DNA of 63,746 nt, filler included, from Octopus bimaculoides (Eukaryota): the NCBI RefSeq assembly GCF_001194135.2. It is 5 parts of 4 records of this genome, joined end to end, with 100 filler letters (N's around TTAATTAATTAA, not from the genome) between each part and the next. Parts side by side here need not be neighbours in the genome. Positions count along the whole stretch, not along the records: positions 53,323 to 62,597 come from NC_068996.1; positions 62,698 to 63,746 come from NW_026296535.1; 3 more parts are not named here. The stretch is one strand, 5' to 3'. Below the pieces are notes generated by a model. It was not told where the DNA came from. It searched no databases and saw nothing but the letters and a program-made list of their open reading frames with translations. A program made the translations under genes and the position numbers. Each line of letters starts with the position of its first letter. Within the stretch, counting starts at the first letter, position 1. Shown one piece after another: positions 61,752-63,746 of this stretch.

Positions 61752-61999
61752 GGATGGATGGATGGATGGATGGATGGAAAGATAGATAAATGGATGGATA
61801 CATAGAAAGAGAGATATCTTTTTATTATAGCCACACAGGGCTGAACACAGAAATTGAACGAAATACAAACGTAGAGTTTTTCATTTTCGAGGTGGGGTGG
61901 GTGGGACACACAAAGAAAAGTCAAATCAATAGGGATTGAAATTGTTGGGGTGTGTGGTGTACAAAAATTATAATTTTCCCAAAAACGGGTATAAATAAT

Positions 62000-62597
62000 G
62001 TTCACTGTTTAGGTGTACTCTTGGAGAGAAAAACCTACAAAAAATCACCAAGGTCACCTTAGGCAATTCAAAATGTACATAAAAGTAAGTACCTTTTCTC
62101 TCGTTTTCTCTTTTTGTTACAAATTTATGCTTAAAATGGTGTCGTCTTTCATACTCACCATTTTTGCCACATTTACCCACTTTTTTATTGAAACTTTCAT
62201 TCGATAACATTTTCCTCTCCACTCTCATCTTCCTTTTCAAGTGATACTTGAAAAAGTTGATGAGAAACTGACCAGAGAGGAAAGTGTTTGTTTGTAAACC
62301 ATTCAAACGCGTCCACCACACACATTCTTTCGCCATAGCTATCAGTGTTACGAAAACTATTTTTCCTTCCCATTTAAAGGAGGGTGGCGGAACAATATTC
62401 ACGATAGACTCGGCTGATAAACAGGCACGTCCTACACGCAACAACAGCCGTTGGACGAAAGTCCACAGCTCTGAAATATCTGGACACTGCACGAGTGCGT
62501 GCACAACGGTTTCGTCACTCTGACCGCATCTCGGGCAGGTCGGTCCCGTGGTTTTCGAACCGTGTCTGTAGAACTTCTCTCGAACTGGTAGTGCGTC
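62000..62597 (-). mobile_element. L1/Tx1-clade LINE ORF2 3' end (zinc knuckle), truncated by the linker
   Basis: DALPVREKFYRHG...CPRCGQSDETVVHALVQCP...AKECVWWTR; open frame for about 170 codons. Confidence 0.88.
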
Positions 62598-62697
62598 NNN
62601 NNNNNNNNNNNNNNNNNNNNNNNNNNNNNNNNNNNNNNNNNTTAATTAATTAANNNNNNNNNNNNNNNNNNNNNNNNNNNNNNNNNNNNNNNNNNNN
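62598..62697. other. Artificial assembly linker
   Basis: 44N-TTAATTAATTAA-44N. Confidence 0.97.
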
Positions 62698-62811
62698 ATA
62701 TATTTATATTTAATTATGAATATAAATGTGTGCATTCAGTAATATATGTATATACACACGTACATGTGTGTGAATGTATGTATAAGCATATATATGTATG
62801 TATATACATAC

Positions 62812-62842
<31 letters not shown>

Positions 62843-62860
62843 TATATATGTATATATATG

Positions 62861-62895
<35 letters not shown>

Positions 62896-63164
62896 GTGTA
62901 TATGCATATTCATATGTGTGTGTGTGTGTGTGTGTGTGAATGGATATCTAACTATCTATATGTATATATGCGAATATATATTATATATGTTTAATGGATG
63001 CTCACCATATTTAAGCCGTTAGGAAGATAACTGAGGAAAATATGGTTGCTATTATTAGTGATCCCATGGATCAATGATTTTCAACCTTTTCACTGTCAGG
63101 AACTTTTATTTAACGAAAATTTCCCACCGAACAAAGAATTTGGAAACTGGGCGACCTGGGCATT

Positions 63165-63298
63165 ATGACCGTAACTAGCGGCTCGGCAAAAGAAATCGAT
63201 GGAATAAGTACTGAGGTCGATTTGCTTGACAACAGGCGGTGCTCCAGCATGGCTACAGTAAAATGAATGAAGCAAGTAAAAGAATAAAAGAATAAAAA
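63165..63298 (+). mobile_element. SINE family C 3' portion
   Basis: GGAATAAGTACTGAGGTCGATTTG...GGTGCTCCAGCATGGCTACAG...GTAAAAGAATAAAAGAATAAAA. Confidence 0.75.
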
Positions 63299-63746
63299 GT
63301 TTGTTGTTGGCTTTCTAAACATATGGACTAGTTTCGATTACAAGTTGGCAATTTCAATCTCTGTATAATTGCTATGCATTTGTAACAGCTACCATCGTTG
63401 TTTCATAATTTCAAATGTTTTATATGTATCTCTTACACGACTGAAAACAGTATAAATTGCCTGAAATTGCCATTTTCGAAATGATTTTTAAAAAATATTC
63501 TATGACGCCATTTTGGAAATCAAGAAGAAAATAATAAATTAGGTATTATGACGTCATAACAGCCTGTGGGCTCACTTTTTAACATATTCATTCAATTTCA
63601 TGGAATGGTGATGGACGCAAGTGGGTTCGTATGGTTTGTATTTTACTTCATTTTATATATTTAAAACAAAAGGATCTACATCTCAATCATTGCACCCACA
63701 TCGCTTCTATAGATACTGACGGAGACGAGGCTGAGGGAGAGAGGGG

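Overview
Repeat-dense, AT-rich animal genomic DNA. The SINE/LINE families, microsatellites and mariner/RTE content point to an octopod cephalopod (inference, species not determinable). The window is not one contiguous sequence: four identical 100-nt artificial linkers (44 N + TTAATTAATTAA + 44 N) split it into five segments (1-16731, 16832-25984, 26085-53222, 53323-62597, 62698-63746), so adjacency across linkers is unproven. The only host gene I can support is two internal, phase-compatible exons of a GSTCD orthologue (20250-20541 and 23502-23747, + strand). The rest is tRNA-derived SINEs of about three families, 5'-truncated RTE, Dong/R4, L1/Tx1 and Penelope retroelements, decayed mariner/Tc1/maT/hAT transposons, piggyBac/Tigger/hAT MITEs and simple repeats. 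Most listed ORFs are microsatellite artefacts. The best leads are: a tRNA-Thr(CGT)-like sequence whose acceptor stem extends into a ~90-bp-arm palindrome (50714-50965); several Penelope-type minimal hammerhead ribozyme cores, one nearly intact (15117-15160); a stack of Dong/R4 3' ends in (TAA)n; inverted repeats around the GSTCD exons; several unexplained long hairpins; and CpG-decay domains suggesting hidden gene bodies. All calls were made by eye; no database search was run. Repeat boundaries are approximate unless a TSD or TIR is quoted.
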